A stretch of 63,059 bases of DNA, filler included, from Octopus bimaculoides (taxonomy: Eukaryota), in NCBI RefSeq assembly GCF_001194135.2. It is 4 parts of 4 records of this genome, joined end to end, with 100 filler letters (N's around TTAATTAATTAA, not from the genome) between each part and the next. Parts side by side here need not be neighbours in the genome. Positions count along the whole stretch, not along the records: positions 1 to 31,225 come from NC_068987.1; positions 31,326 to 59,396 come from NC_068998.1; 2 more parts are not named here. The stretch is one strand, 5' to 3'. Positions 25,910 to 38,505 of this stretch are shown piece after piece. Under the pieces are notes generated by a model that ran no database searches, had not been told where the DNA came from, and saw only the letters and a program-made list of their open reading frames with translations. A program made the translations under genes and the position numbers. Positions within the stretch are counted from its first letter, which is position 1, and each line of letters begins with the position of its first letter.

Positions 25910-28097
25910 AAAGGTTGAGTTCAATTAGAACATTTTTGTTTTGACGGGGTCTAAAGTTAGATTTCGTATAAAGATACTTCATATTAAAATTGTAGCTTTC
26001 TAATGTAAGTATTTATTTTAAAAATATGAAAATAAAACAAGTATAAGGTGTGATTTGGGCATTTATAAAGCACGTATCCTATATAAATACAAGAAACAAT
26101 TAAAGATGGAGGAGAGAAGATGTTAAAAGTTTTATAAAATCTTAATCCATCCATACGATCGTTTCGAACGATAACACCAACATGTAAGAAACATGAAAAA
26201 AAATTAATTATATTTATGATTAAATCAAATTAATATAATCATATATTACCATTCTCTTCGGTACAAAAGTTGGAGAAAACATCAGGAAAGGTAGTAACAG
26301 AAGAATATTACAGGAGATCACATTGAGTCTGTGTCGCATAACTCAATCGGATATTCATAAATTGATTGTGTAAGATGAAATATAAGAACATGGTTAGGTA
26401 GTGTTGAGTCTATTTGTGCAAGGGACAAAACACAGATATAGAGAGATCATTTTCGATAAGGTTGCGCCATATTCACTAAACGCTTGTAATTGCTAGCTCT
26501 GCTTCCGCTAAACACTGAATATCTTCTAACAATCCGCAATGTCAATCAACAAGAAATACGATTTATCCAATTGCTGTCACCAGAAGTATGCTTTTCTGGC
26601 ACATTTCAAGCCAATGGCCGCCGACAACCCGGACATACCACCTTAGTTCTAGCTGCTCCTCTGTACAACCTGCACCACTTCCATGAGTAGGACACCAATC
26701 ACCAATCCCCAATGCTTGTTCATGTCTGTCTACCAACATACTTTCAACCCCTGTGTATACCCATACATGTATAGAAATATACGCGCAGGAACATGCATAC
26801 GCGCACGCGCGTGAGTGGATTTCCAGGTGCTGTATCTACGTGCGTGTGTGCGCGTCTACATATGTATATATATATGTATGTATATGTGTGCGCCTATGCA
26901 TACATGCACACACGGGCACTGTAAGTGCACACACAACTGCACACATAAATGTAAATGTACACACTAGTATATATACATGCATGCACTGTATGCATGCACA
27001 GATTCATACACACTAGTATGCATACACATGCGCGGACGCCCCCATGCATATGTGTGCGTGTGTATGGATGTACACACACCCACTTATATATATGCAGATA
27101 CACGTGTACAAATATGAATAACTTTATCTGTATATGCATATATATACTGTATACACTTATACATATGTGTATGTGTGTATACATATATACATGTGGGGGT
27201 GCACACGTACACATGCATGCCTGTACACACATATACATATATTTGAGCGTATGTCTCTGTGTGTGTGCGTAGGTGGTTGTGTGCATGTATTACTATGTAC
27301 ATATATACGTATATACACGTACATCGATATATTACACGACCCTTCCTTACTTCGTCTACAACGATGCGACCGAAATCCTCTCCACCTCACGGTGGGTTAC
27401 CGATTTATTGCGGATGCGGTATTTCCCAAGTAAAAATTGTCGTCGAAACACTTATCTGTTTACATCACGTGACCCTTTTCTACCGATCGTAACCCGCCTT
27501 CCAGCAATAACAATTGACTTTCTGCAGCTGACCTCTGATTCAAATTTCCAATAGCTGAGGAATAGCATCATGATATGAGACGTAAGGTACTAAAGAAATT
27601 TGAAATCAGACTGTTTATATATATACATATATATAAATTAAAATAGCATTTACTTTTTCTTGTATCTTTTATCGTATGTGAGAGAGAGGGAGGTAAAGAG
27701 AGGTGTGTTGTCAGAGAGAGAGAGAGAAGGTGCGTGTTGGTCTGTGAGAGAGAGATTGAGAGAAAGGAATGGAGTGATAGCGTAAATTGAGTTTATTTAA
27801 TTTTACTCGCATCTTTTTTTAGTGAGTTAGTTAGTGAGGAATTGACTGAGAGACACAGATAGGGATGTTGTCATGTATGTGTAAAATGACTAGGGTCAGT
27901 CACGCATGCATACAAACGCATACGTACACACATTATCTGTCGTATACACGTTCAGGCGTAAATATATATGCAAACATGCTTTTATATGTGTGCATGTGAA
28001 GGAGACAGAAAGAGTCAGTCACTGAGTAAAGGTGTGCGTTCTCGTGACAATTATATTTTTGCAAGTATGTATAAGCAGGTGAGTAAAATTTACGCAA

Positions 28098-28163
<66 letters not shown>

Positions 28164-30141
28164 NNNNNNNNNNNNNNNNNNNNNNNNNNNNNNNNNNNNN
28201 NNNNNNNNNNNNNNNNNNNNNNNNNNNNNNNNNNNNNNNNNNNNNNNNNNNNNNNNNNNNNNNNNNNNNNNNNNNNNNNNNNNNNNNNNNNNNNNNNNNN
28301 NNNNNNNNNNNNNNNNNNNNNNNNNNNNNNNNNNNNNNNNNNNNNNNNNNNNNNNNNNNNNNNNNNNNNNNNNNNNNNNNNNNNNNNNNNNNNNNNNNNN
28401 NNNNNNNNNNNNNNNNNNNNNNNNNNNNNNNNNNNNNNNNNNNNNNNNNNNNNNNNNNNNNNNNNNNNNNNNNNNNNNNNNNNNNNNNNNNNNNNNNNNN
28501 NNNNNNNNNNNNNNNNNNNNNNNNNNNNNNNNNNNNNNNNNNNNNNNNNNNNNNNNNNNNNNNNNNNNNNNNNNNNNNNNNNNNNNNNNNNNNNNNNNNN
28601 NNNNNNNNNNNNNNNNNNNNNNNNNNNNNNNNNNNNNNNNNNNNNNNNNNNNNNNNNNNNNNNNNNNNNNNNNNNNNNNNNNNNNNNNNNNNNNNNNNNN
28701 NNNNNNNNNNNNNNNNNNNNNNNNNNNNNNNNNNNNNNNNNNNNNNNNNNNNNNNNNNNNNNNNNNNNNNNNNNNNNNNNNNNNNNNNNNNNNNNNNNNN
28801 NNNNNNNNNNNNNNNNNNNNNNNNNNNNNNNNNNNNNNNNNNNNNNNNNNNNNNNNNNNNNNNNNNNNNNNNNNNNNNNNNNNNNNNNNNNNNNNNNNNN
28901 TGAAAATATAGTTTACTCTTAAAATAAAACGTTGATTATACTTAAATCCAATTTCTTTGCCTCATATTTTTTCATGATATTTTATCTCAAAACATTTTTT
29001 TTTATAGGTTTCATGCTTATTCTATCATTGAAGCTAAGGTAAATATATTTTGCTTTTAAAATAAAAACGTTATTTAGATCTAAACTTGATTGGAGGCGTT
29101 ACTTACTCTTTTCTATAACGTTGCTGCAAATTTTTATGTAAACTTTTTTCTACTACTCTATGCCAAATTGTAGCTAAGGAGAAGCACTCTTCGAAAATGC
29201 TAAAAGTTTTCAATTTCGTTAAGAACTGATTTAGTGACAAAGCTCTAAAAACGCTACGTGTGAGTAAATTACGGCCTTAAGAATATTATTCAACTACTTC
29301 TGTAGCTGAATGGTTTATATTTACATTCACATTTATATGTATGTTAGAAGATAATGGGAAAAATTATAGGATTAAATGAAAGGTTGTACGCAATTGCAGA
29401 GCTTAAGATATTTCAGATGAGAAATGTCAATTATGTATTAGAGATTTTTCTAATTATAAAATTTAAGCATAAATTGATTAATTCTAGGAAAGAAAATATT
29501 TCAGACTGTTGCACTACTCAAAATATATTTTTAGATAATAGAATTAATCAGTAAATTAGTAATAGATAATTAAACTGAAAATTATAAGTACAGACATGAT
29601 ATAAAATAAACATAACATATAATATATAATATTTACACACAAATTAATTCATTTAGGGAGAGTGAATATTTATTAATTAAGCAAAATATATAATATATAT
29701 TAATTTGGATACAAATATTATGAATAGAAACATTAGCAATTTAAGCAAAATTAATATAGTTAAATTTACAAACCTAACATAAGTTAAATACAATATAAAT
29801 ATAAATAACATACACTATATTTTATTATATAATAGTTAGATATCATTTTAATAATAATACTGAGTTGCGATCTCCATTAATTAATCAGATAATATAATAT
29901 ATTTTAATTTAGATACACATACTATAAATCTATCGATCACACCAATTTTGATGACACAATACACTGAAGAAATCCACGTACTAATCATAAATATATAACG
30001 TAGGTCTGCATATAAATAATAGGCGTTTTATCCCGCATACACCTAAATATATAACACTATATAATAACTAGAAATGAAGAACTAGGCATGAACAATAATA
30101 TAATTAACGAAGTATCCGTGCGAAGCAACGTGTAAGTATAA

Positions 30142-30730
30142 GCAGAATTAGTTAAGTTGAAATATGTTTGTCGCATATTTCAAATGCTAAAAAGCAATTA
30201 CCAGACATATCATTGACAAGAATCAAGCTCTCAAAACTTCGAAGTCTGGATTCTTAATAGATGGCGACGCTGAACGAGCCGGATGTTTTCATACCTTTTT
30301 ACCATAAGGAATATTTTTCTCCATGGTGACTGCAATGTATTTGCCCTTTAGCTGTTGAAACATGTGACAGACATATTTCAACTTACCTAATTCTCTTCGT
30401 TCTTGCAAACTGCTTCGTGTTAACACTTCATTTACCTCGGTCAGGTGATCTACTAGCGCAAAACAGGCAACGTGTTGACTGAATTATATACAAAGCTACG
30501 GTTTTAATAAGTTCGTTCAGAGTTGCCCCTCTCAGATATATCTCATTGAAATAATTCAACAAACACGAAACATCGATGCTTGGGATTCCTAGTAGACGGC
30601 GACACTGAACGAACCGGGTGTTTTCGCACCTTTTGACCATAAGAGAGACTTTTCTCTATGGTTAGTGCAGTGTATTGCCTTTTGGCATTTGAAATATGTG
30701 ACAAACGTATTTCAACTTAGCTAATTCTGC
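30142..30730. mobile_element. MITE with ~55-bp TIRs and TAA target duplication (PIF/Harbinger-like), right arm internally duplicated
   Basis: TAA|GCAGAATTAGTTAAGTTGAAATATGTTTGTC... and ...GACAAACGTATTTCAACTTAGCTAATTCTGC|TAA; 30251-30393 repeats 30586-30727. Confidence 0.7.
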
Positions 30731-30913
30731 TAATAATATAATTGAATTAATAACTTTTTAATAGCATACATATACACTTACACACTAATAAAGTAACTTC
30801 AGAAAGTTGAATCTATATACACACGCAATCACATATATTAATACATATACTAATACATAAACACTGACATCCATACATACATATACATATACACATATAT
30901 GACTGCGCATAGA

Positions 30914-31130
30914 TACTCTTTTACTCTTTTACTTGTTTCAGTCTTTTGACTGTAGCCATGCTGGAGCACCGCCTTTTAGTCGAGCAAATCGACCCCAGGA
31001 CTTATTCTTTAGAAGCCTAGTACTTATTCTATCGATGTCTTTTGCCGAACCGCTAAGTTGCGGGGACATAAACACACCAGCATCGGTTGGCAAGCGATGT
31101 TGGGGGGAACAAACACACACATACAAACAT

Positions 31131-31165
<35 letters not shown>

Positions 31166-31225
31166 CATATATACGACGGGCTTCTTTCAGTTTCCGTCTA
31201 CCAAATCCACTCACAAGGCTTTGGT
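30914..31225 (-). mobile_element. SINE family A (bipartite, internal TA/TG microsatellite), cut by gap
   Basis: Shows both halves joined by a microsatellite; 3' tail (GAGTAAAA)n. Confidence 0.88.
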
Positions 31226-31269
31226 NNNNNNNNNNNNNNNNNNNNNNNNNNNNNNNNNNNNNNNNNNNN

Positions 31270-31281
31270 TTAATTAATTAA
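31270..31281. other. Artificial scaffold-join spacer TTAATTAATTAA
   Basis: 12-mer with stops in all six frames, centred in a 100-bp N block; identical at 59441 and 61924. Confidence 0.9.
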
Positions 31282-31440
31282 NNNNNNNNNNNNNNNNNNN
31301 NNNNNNNNNNNNNNNNNNNNNNNNNATCACCGTTTGTTATCTCCCCCTTTCTTAGCTCTCCTGAAATAAGAATTTCTAACTTCCGGTCAGTCATTGTTAT
31401 GATCGGCCATTATTATGATTGACCGTTGACTGAACACTAT

Positions 31441-31606
31441 TCAATTTTTTTTCTCCGTGTTTTTCTCCTTGTCTCCGTATTCTTTCTGTTGAAGAGCGTA
31501 GCTCGAAACGTCAAAGACTTTCCGGATTCCCGAGCGTCATACTAATATATACTTTTGTTATTTACACCACCTGTCCTCGTCTGTTGTTATTTTTTGTATA
31601 TTCTCC

Positions 31607-31607
<1 letters not shown>
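31441..31607 (+). mobile_element. Short repeat with minimal hammerhead-like motif (probable PLE-derived)
   Basis: TCTTT-CTGTTGA-A-GAGC GTA GCTC-GAAA-CG-TC-AAAGA at 31481-31517; almost identical inverted copy at 49545-49712. Confidence 0.75.
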
Positions 31608-31637
<30 letters not shown>

Positions 31638-31939
31638 GAATTTCTCCTGTATGTTAGTACGATAAGCTGAAGAAAGGTTATTTTATAGTTCACAGACAGC
31701 TGTCGGAGATGCTGCATATGCGAATAAATATCAGAAATTAGGGAATGGATTTATATAAAATCCAGGCTACGGATGTTTCATAGCTAGAAAAATCTCAGTA
31801 GTCATTATCAAAACGAGGGATAGAAAACAAGCTACTCTTCAGGCTAAGGATACCTTGGTTACGTGAAGTTTACATTGTCGTTAGGAGATGCTGTATTAAG
31901 TCGCGGTTATTCGATAAAAGAAAAAAATATATATATATA

Positions 31940-32135
31940 TAGTCGCCATGATAGATCGCTAGGCACTAAACCTTTTTTATTTTCTCTCTGTTTATTTCTG
32001 TATCTCTTTCTGTCGAAGAACGAAGGCTCGAAACGTAGAAGACTTTCTCACTTCCCGAGCGTTAAACTAATATATCTGTTTGTTGTTTACACGCCCATCT
32101 TCGTCTTTTGTTTTTTTTTCCCATAAATTTTCATT
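31940..32135 (+). mobile_element. Related subfamily copy of the minimal hammerhead-like repeat
   Basis: TCTTT-CTGTCGA-A-GAAC GAAG GCTC-GAAA-CG-TA-GAAGA at 32005-32042, same downstream CTTTC..TTCCCGAGCGT; flanked by (TA)n. Confidence 0.7.
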
Positions 32136-32147
32136 ATATATATATAC

Positions 32148-32228
<81 letters not shown>

Positions 32229-32469
32229 AACAATTATATACACGTACATACTCATGTATACGCAAACATATAGACACATATTCACATTTATATACACACA
32301 CAACCCAACATATCCTCTCGCCGCTCCACATCCTGAAGACAGATGATGTCAAGCAATCGGTTACTGTTTTGGCTTTTACCTCAGTTGAAGAATTTGTAGC
32401 TGGTATTACTGTTACAGCTACTACACCTGTTATTGTTTAGCCCCAGTCCTCTCTGATCCAGTTGTCCTA

Positions 32470-32670
32470 TCAGAAATGGTAGCAAACCGGGCGAAATGTT
32501 TAGCGGTATTTTGTCTGTCTTTACGTTCTGAGCTCAAATTCTGGCAAGGTCGACTTTGCCTTTTATCCTTTCGGGGTCGATAAATTAAGTACCAGTTGCG
32601 TATTGGGGTAGATCTAATCGACTGGTTCCCTTCCCCCAAAATTTCAGGCTTTGTGCTTAGAGTAGAAAAG
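32470..32670 (+). mobile_element. tRNA-derived SINE, family B
   Basis: B-box-like GAGCTCAAATTC, conserved CCTTTCGGGGTCGATAAATTAAGTACC body, AGTAGAAAAG tail. Confidence 0.9.
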
Positions 32671-33270
32671 TCGAAAAGCTCACAGGGCCTTTTGTTCTAG
32701 TAACAACACCTGCCAGGACAACAATATGTTAAAACTAGAAGATGAGATCGTTAGCCTTGTCCTAAAATTTGAAATCATTATTTAGAACCGTTTTATTATG
32801 ACTAATGAGGACAAAGGAATCGATCCTGAAATTGAGGGATTTGACAGAAATACTTCATCTGTAAATTAATGAAACGCACAATAGGGAAAATAAACTTCTA
32901 AATTTGCCGGCGAAATGAACACATTAAAATCTAAACAAGCCACCTTCGTCGTGGGGTTGTAACCAATACTGGAATGACAATACTTCAAATAAGCTACACC
33001 TTTGTATTCCTGTGTTGAGTTTCACTGATTCTCCACAACGCTTCTGCTTCAACCCCACCCCTCCGTCGCACACCCATCTTCTTCTTCCGATTCATTTCTT
33101 TTATGTATTCATTCCTACCGCAACTTTTTTTTTTTACCAGTCAATAAAGCGTTTGCTTTTTAATGACATACGACAGGTTTATACACAGTTGGCCACGTGT
33201 ACGTAAGCTTATGTACGTTTACGGGTGTATACAATTATTGCTATATACATATATATATATATATATACAT

Positions 33271-33375
<105 letters not shown>

Positions 33376-33522
33376 CATAAAAGTAATTGTATAGATGATA
33401 ACATGTATATGTGCATGAGTGTGTCGAATATAATTATGCAGATATATAGATATGTGTGTACGTACACACGAACATCTGTCTATACACGAGTTCACGGTTA
33501 ATCGAACATAGATATGGTTATT

Positions 33523-33555
<33 letters not shown>

Positions 33556-33561
<6 letters not shown>

Positions 33562-34135
33562 GTCGTGAACGATAAATAAGGGTTCAGTAAAATATGGTGG
33601 TAATCATGTAGTAAGGAGACGCAAGTTTCTCGTGAGGCCTGCTGGTGCCATGCAAACTGTTCGCCAAAGGGAAGAAGTTGAGGATTCAATTTGCTTGAAT
33701 GCTTGTGGATCATTTGGTATATCTTTTCTTTAGTGGACGGCAAGGCCTGCTTTACTCTGAGTCCCAAAATTACAATGACAGGTAAGGTTTCCATTTAGAG
33801 GAGCAGTGTTTTGCCAGCGTACCTTCGAGCTTGTCCGAAGTTGGTCCCGATATTGGAGTCAACTCTACACAAGTATTTGCATTGAGGAGAAGCAGGATTG
33901 GAGCCAGGTTCTGCGTTCTGATGCTTTGTTTTCTCGGGACGAAAAAGGAATGTTACATCGCTTCTGGCTGGCTTTTAGTTTGTCTTTGAAGCGCAACACT
34001 GACCTTCCAACTGATTCCCCGTTGGGAATTGGAGAAAGCGATATTGCTTTGGAATTCTGATATGACTCATACGTGAGAAATGACCTGACCATCTAAGGTG
34101 TATTTTGATGAGGATGGCTTCTATACCTGATGTAC
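33556..34135 (-). mobile_element. RTE-clade LINE 3' fragment
   Basis: GIEAILIKIHLRWSGHFSRMSHIRIPKQ...GRSVLRFKDKLK...ERRTW; ends TCGTTCACGACG then (TG)n. Confidence 0.85.
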
Positions 34136-34291
34136 ATAATATAGACATACGTATAGGGACATGCGTAGACAGACATATTAGGTAGATATACGTAGACATA
34201 CATCGAGAGACATACGTAGACAAACATATGTAGATAGACATATGTAGGCAGACGATAATAAATCATAGTAATGTTATTATAAAAAATAACT

Positions 34292-34475
34292 CAAAATGCT
34301 TAGCGGCATTTCGCCCGTCTCTACGTTCTGAGTTCAAATTCTACCAATGTCGACTTTGCCTTTCGTCCTTTCGAGATCGATTAAATAAGTAACATTTGAA
34401 TACTTAGGTCGATGTAATCGACTTATCCCTCTGCCGAAGTTGCTGGGGCCTTCTGCCAAAATTTGATACCAATAT
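34292..34475 (+). mobile_element. tRNA-derived SINE, family B (5'-truncated)
   Basis: GAGTTCAAATTC, GTCGACTTTGCCTTT, GTCGATGTAATCGACT. Confidence 0.85.
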
Positions 34476-34751
34476 TATTACAAAATAACTGATGAATTAA
34501 TAATGACTATAATATTGTGTTTAATAGTTGTACTGTGTATACCGTAACACATTTGACTTATAAAACTAAGGAATATATATTTTAAAACCTTATAAATGTG
34601 TAGCACATTGCACTGTGGCCGTGAGGGGACGCCACTTTCTAGGTTAAAGACAAATACATCCTAGCTCCCTACAACACACTCGATCCTTATTTTATTTATC
34701 CACCGTCTAAGATGAAAGGTAGCTGAGATCACTAACCAGTCATAGTTGACC

Positions 34752-34809
<58 letters not shown>

Positions 34810-35056
34810 GTAACCGGGACTGCTGTCGGGTGTTTAACAATCGAAAGAAAAGAGAAGATAATCCATAACCGTCGCACATGCAAATATCATCAATTAATCT
34901 TAATGTGGAAAAAAACACCAACAAAAGCAAAAGGCTGAAATATGTGTGAGTGTGTGTGTGTATGGGTATGTGTGTATACGTAAATTCTAAGATGTGTGTG
35001 CGTGTCTGCGCGCGTGGGTAGACAAGTCTGTTTACGTATATCTATCTATCTATCTA

Positions 35057-35087
<31 letters not shown>

Positions 35088-35201
35088 CTATACACATATA
35101 TATACACACACAGGCACACACACATATATACACATATACACACATATATATTACTTATTTAAAAGGTGCAATACATGTATTTAAGCGCTATTAATAGTTT
35201 C

Positions 35202-35232
<31 letters not shown>

Positions 35233-35604
35233 TATACACACAAACGCACACACACACACACACACACACCAAGGTATTTATATTCTTACAAAAGATTCAT
35301 TGAGACGGAAATACATGTAAATGGAAGTAGTCTTTCGATCTTCTGTTTGTAGATTTCTAGGCGTTTATAATCCCCAATATTGTTGTCTTTGTTGTTATGG
35401 TTGTTGTTGCTATTGTTTTCGAGGTTGTTGTAGCCCCAGTTCTGCCCTAAGGAGCAGGCTTCTGTCACAGTGGCAGCCGATGGTTGTATTGTATAAACTG
35501 AGAGCTTTAGGTGTTGTATAGACATAAATACAGACATATGTAAGTTCCTATTTATCTGTGTTCTTTATACACACATACACACATATATATATATATATTG
35601 TAGA

Positions 35605-36010
35605 TGAATGCTCGAAAAGAGGAGTAGATAGACCACCGACAACTGATGAAAGGTCCTTTCTCTGTGTTAACTTGTCCTATTTTCCTTATTTTCCTCGTTG
35701 TTTACGTTTTTCATGTTATTTGCACCGTTGGTGACGTTCTGGTCATATCACGTTGAGAGCACCGGTTCTCGTCTGATCACCGAAGTCAAGCAACGTCGAG
35801 CCTAGTTAGAACTTAGGTGGGTGACCGCTTGGGAAGCCTAGGTGCTGTAAGCGCCACACTGTATATTCATATACATATACGTCGCGTCTTGTCCCAACGT
35901 TCGAAACGCGGAGTAGATAAAATAGTGGACAACTGATGAAGGGACTGTTCTTTATGTTGCCTGTCTCGTTTCTCATTTTGTTCACGTTTTGTTTTGACGT
36001 CCTGTATTCA
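35605..36010 (+). repeat. Two diverged tandem copies of a ~130-bp repeat containing CGAAA..GGAGTAGATA and GACAACTGATGAA
   Basis: Copy 1 ~35605-35740, copy 2 ~35881-36010; both end GACGT(T/C)CT-GTAT..CATA. Confidence 0.7.
35741..35852 (+). pseudogene. 5S rRNA: 5S rRNA retrocopy/pseudogene
   Basis: GGTCATATCACGTTGAGAGCACCGGTTCTCGTCTGATCACCGAAGTCAAGCAACGTCGAGCCTAGTTAGAACTTAGGTGGGTGACCGCTTGGGAAGCCTAGGTGCTGTAAGC; lacks first ~6 nt and the oligo-T terminator, substitutions in the control region. Confidence 0.93.
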
Positions 36011-36070
36011 TATATGCATGTATATATACATATATATGTAGGTATGTACATATATGTATATATATATTAA

Positions 36071-36116
<46 letters not shown>

Positions 36117-36538
36117 TTGTGTGTGTGTGTGTGTGTGTGTGTGATAGATAATCTGCAATGTTGAAGATATCTTTAATATCTTACAAGAATCACATCAGAA
36201 GACGATGAGGGGGGAGGGTATCCCGCAATTCCACACTACGCCGTTTTGAAACAGAAATAGTAATACAAATAAGATTTCACCAAGGGAAAACATAAATCAA
36301 GGAAAAAATAAATATTAAAAAAAAAAAATAAGAAAGTATAAAAAAAAAGAAATAAGAAAGTAAAAAAAAAAACGAATAAAGAATAAAATTAAAGAAAAGG
36401 AAAAACACAAAAAAAGCGAAAATAAGCAAATCGAGTATGGAACGAACTCGTTATCTTCCGCTTCAGTCGGCTCGTGCCAGCTTTTTGTTTAGAAATTCCC
36501 ACCCACCCAGCAATCACCAGGGAGCTCTGTGCGTGCAT

Positions 36539-36571
<33 letters not shown>

Positions 36572-37042
36572 TTCATTCCCCCATCATCAACCCCCCCGCA
36601 CAAGTGCTGACTTGTCAACAAAGGAATATGTAGGGCGGGAATGGTTTCGGAGTTGGTGTCAACGGTTTAGGCTGCAGTGTAAGAGGTGGTGGCAGTTGTT
36701 CAGCCCCCGGTCAGCCTCTCTTCGAGCAGACATTTAAATTCAAAACATCCCATCCGTGACTATCGCCACTTTTTATTTCGTCTGGACCTGTGTACCTTGC
36801 ATTATTTTAACCAATGTGCTCTCTTTGCTCTTTTTCGAAAAGACTATGGATTGATCGGGGAAGACATTTCACTGCTATTTCTAGCGGTTCTGGTGATATT
36901 AATGCTCTATGTAATTATGTATGTATATATGTATATGCGTATGTGTGTATATATATGTATGTATATAACGATACATCTATACGTTTGTATACGTTTATAT
37001 ATATGTATAAATATATCTATACGTTTATATATATGTATATAC

Positions 37043-37143
<101 letters not shown>

Positions 37144-38138
37144 AAATGATACATCTCTACGCTTATATATATGTGTATATGTATATAAAACGATATATCT
37201 ATACATCTAAATAATAATCAACGGAGTTTGGGAATAGCTATCCTTCGAACTCCCATACCTCACGGAGAATAAAAAGTGGAAGGCAAAATATACCAAAAAA
37301 AAAAAAAAATGGAAATTTTCACAATTTATTTTTCTTTTAGTCAGAATCACACATACACATGTATATAAAATGATACATCTATATCTAAATATAGATAGAT
37401 AGATAATTATACATATATATACCTACCGGTATACAAAAATACATGCACATACATGCATATATATGCACATACTCACACACACACAAATATATATGTGTGT
37501 GTGTGTGTATGTATGTGTGTCGATACATTGTGTTTTTTATGCAGTATACGGCTTGACTATATTTTCAAATGCCAATTCGTATTAGCTGTGCATGCGAATG
37601 TGTGTGCATGCATGCGTGTGTATGAAGTATTTATGAAAGAACAGGAGGAGATGGAGGAAGAAGAAGAGGAGTAGATAGGATGGTTTTAAAAGAATTGAGC
37701 GGGAAATTGATCGTTATTAATTGTATTGTCACAATTAATTGTATTGTCAACCGACGCTGACAGCACACGCCGTCACTACTACCACCATAACCACCACCAC
37801 CACCACCGCCGTCACCACCATCATCAACAAAAGGCCTAGTTTTGGAGATTTCATACTTTTTACTCAATACAATATCTACATACCACACACATATACACAA
37901 GCATATATATATACATTACATATATGTACATAAATACACACACACACACATACACCCACCTAGACACTCACTCATATGTATATATGGCTGTCACGTGTTA
38001 GGTAACAAGGATTAAGCTTTGGAATCTCCATCGTTTATTTCCAATTTCTTTATTAATCGTAATAATTCATTAACGCAATCTAAATCAATTTGTGTTTAAT
38101 TGCTGTACAAAAACTTTGCCGAAGATGTGTGTGTGTGC

Positions 38139-38505
38139 GTCTTTACGTTCTGAGATCAAATACTGCCGAGGTCGACTTTGCCTTTCATCCTTTCGGGGTC
38201 GATAAATTAAGTACCAGTTATGCACTGGGTCGATGTAATCGACTAATCCTCATCCTCCAAATTTCAGGCCTTGCGCCTTTAGTTAGGCGGCGAGGTAGCA
38301 GAGTCGTTAGCATGCCGGGGGAAATGCTTAGCGGTATTTCGTCTGCCGCTACGTTCTGAGTTCAAATTCTGCCGAGGTCGACTTTGCCTTTCTTCCTTTT
38401 GGGGTCGGTGAATTAAGTACCAGTTACGCACTGGAAATGATGTAATCGACTTACCCATCCCACCCGAACGAAATTACTGGCCTTGTGTCAAAATTTGAAT
38501 CCATT
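38139..38505 (+). mobile_element. Two tandem family B SINEs
   Basis: Truncated copy 38139-38283 followed by full copy with GGCGGCGAGGTAGCAGAGTCGTTAGC head. Confidence 0.9.

Noticed and set aside
36420-36900. GC-richer unique sequence with ORFs 36474-36737 and 36686-37144
   Set aside because: No recognisable domain; ORFs run into microsatellite; no convincing splice pair.
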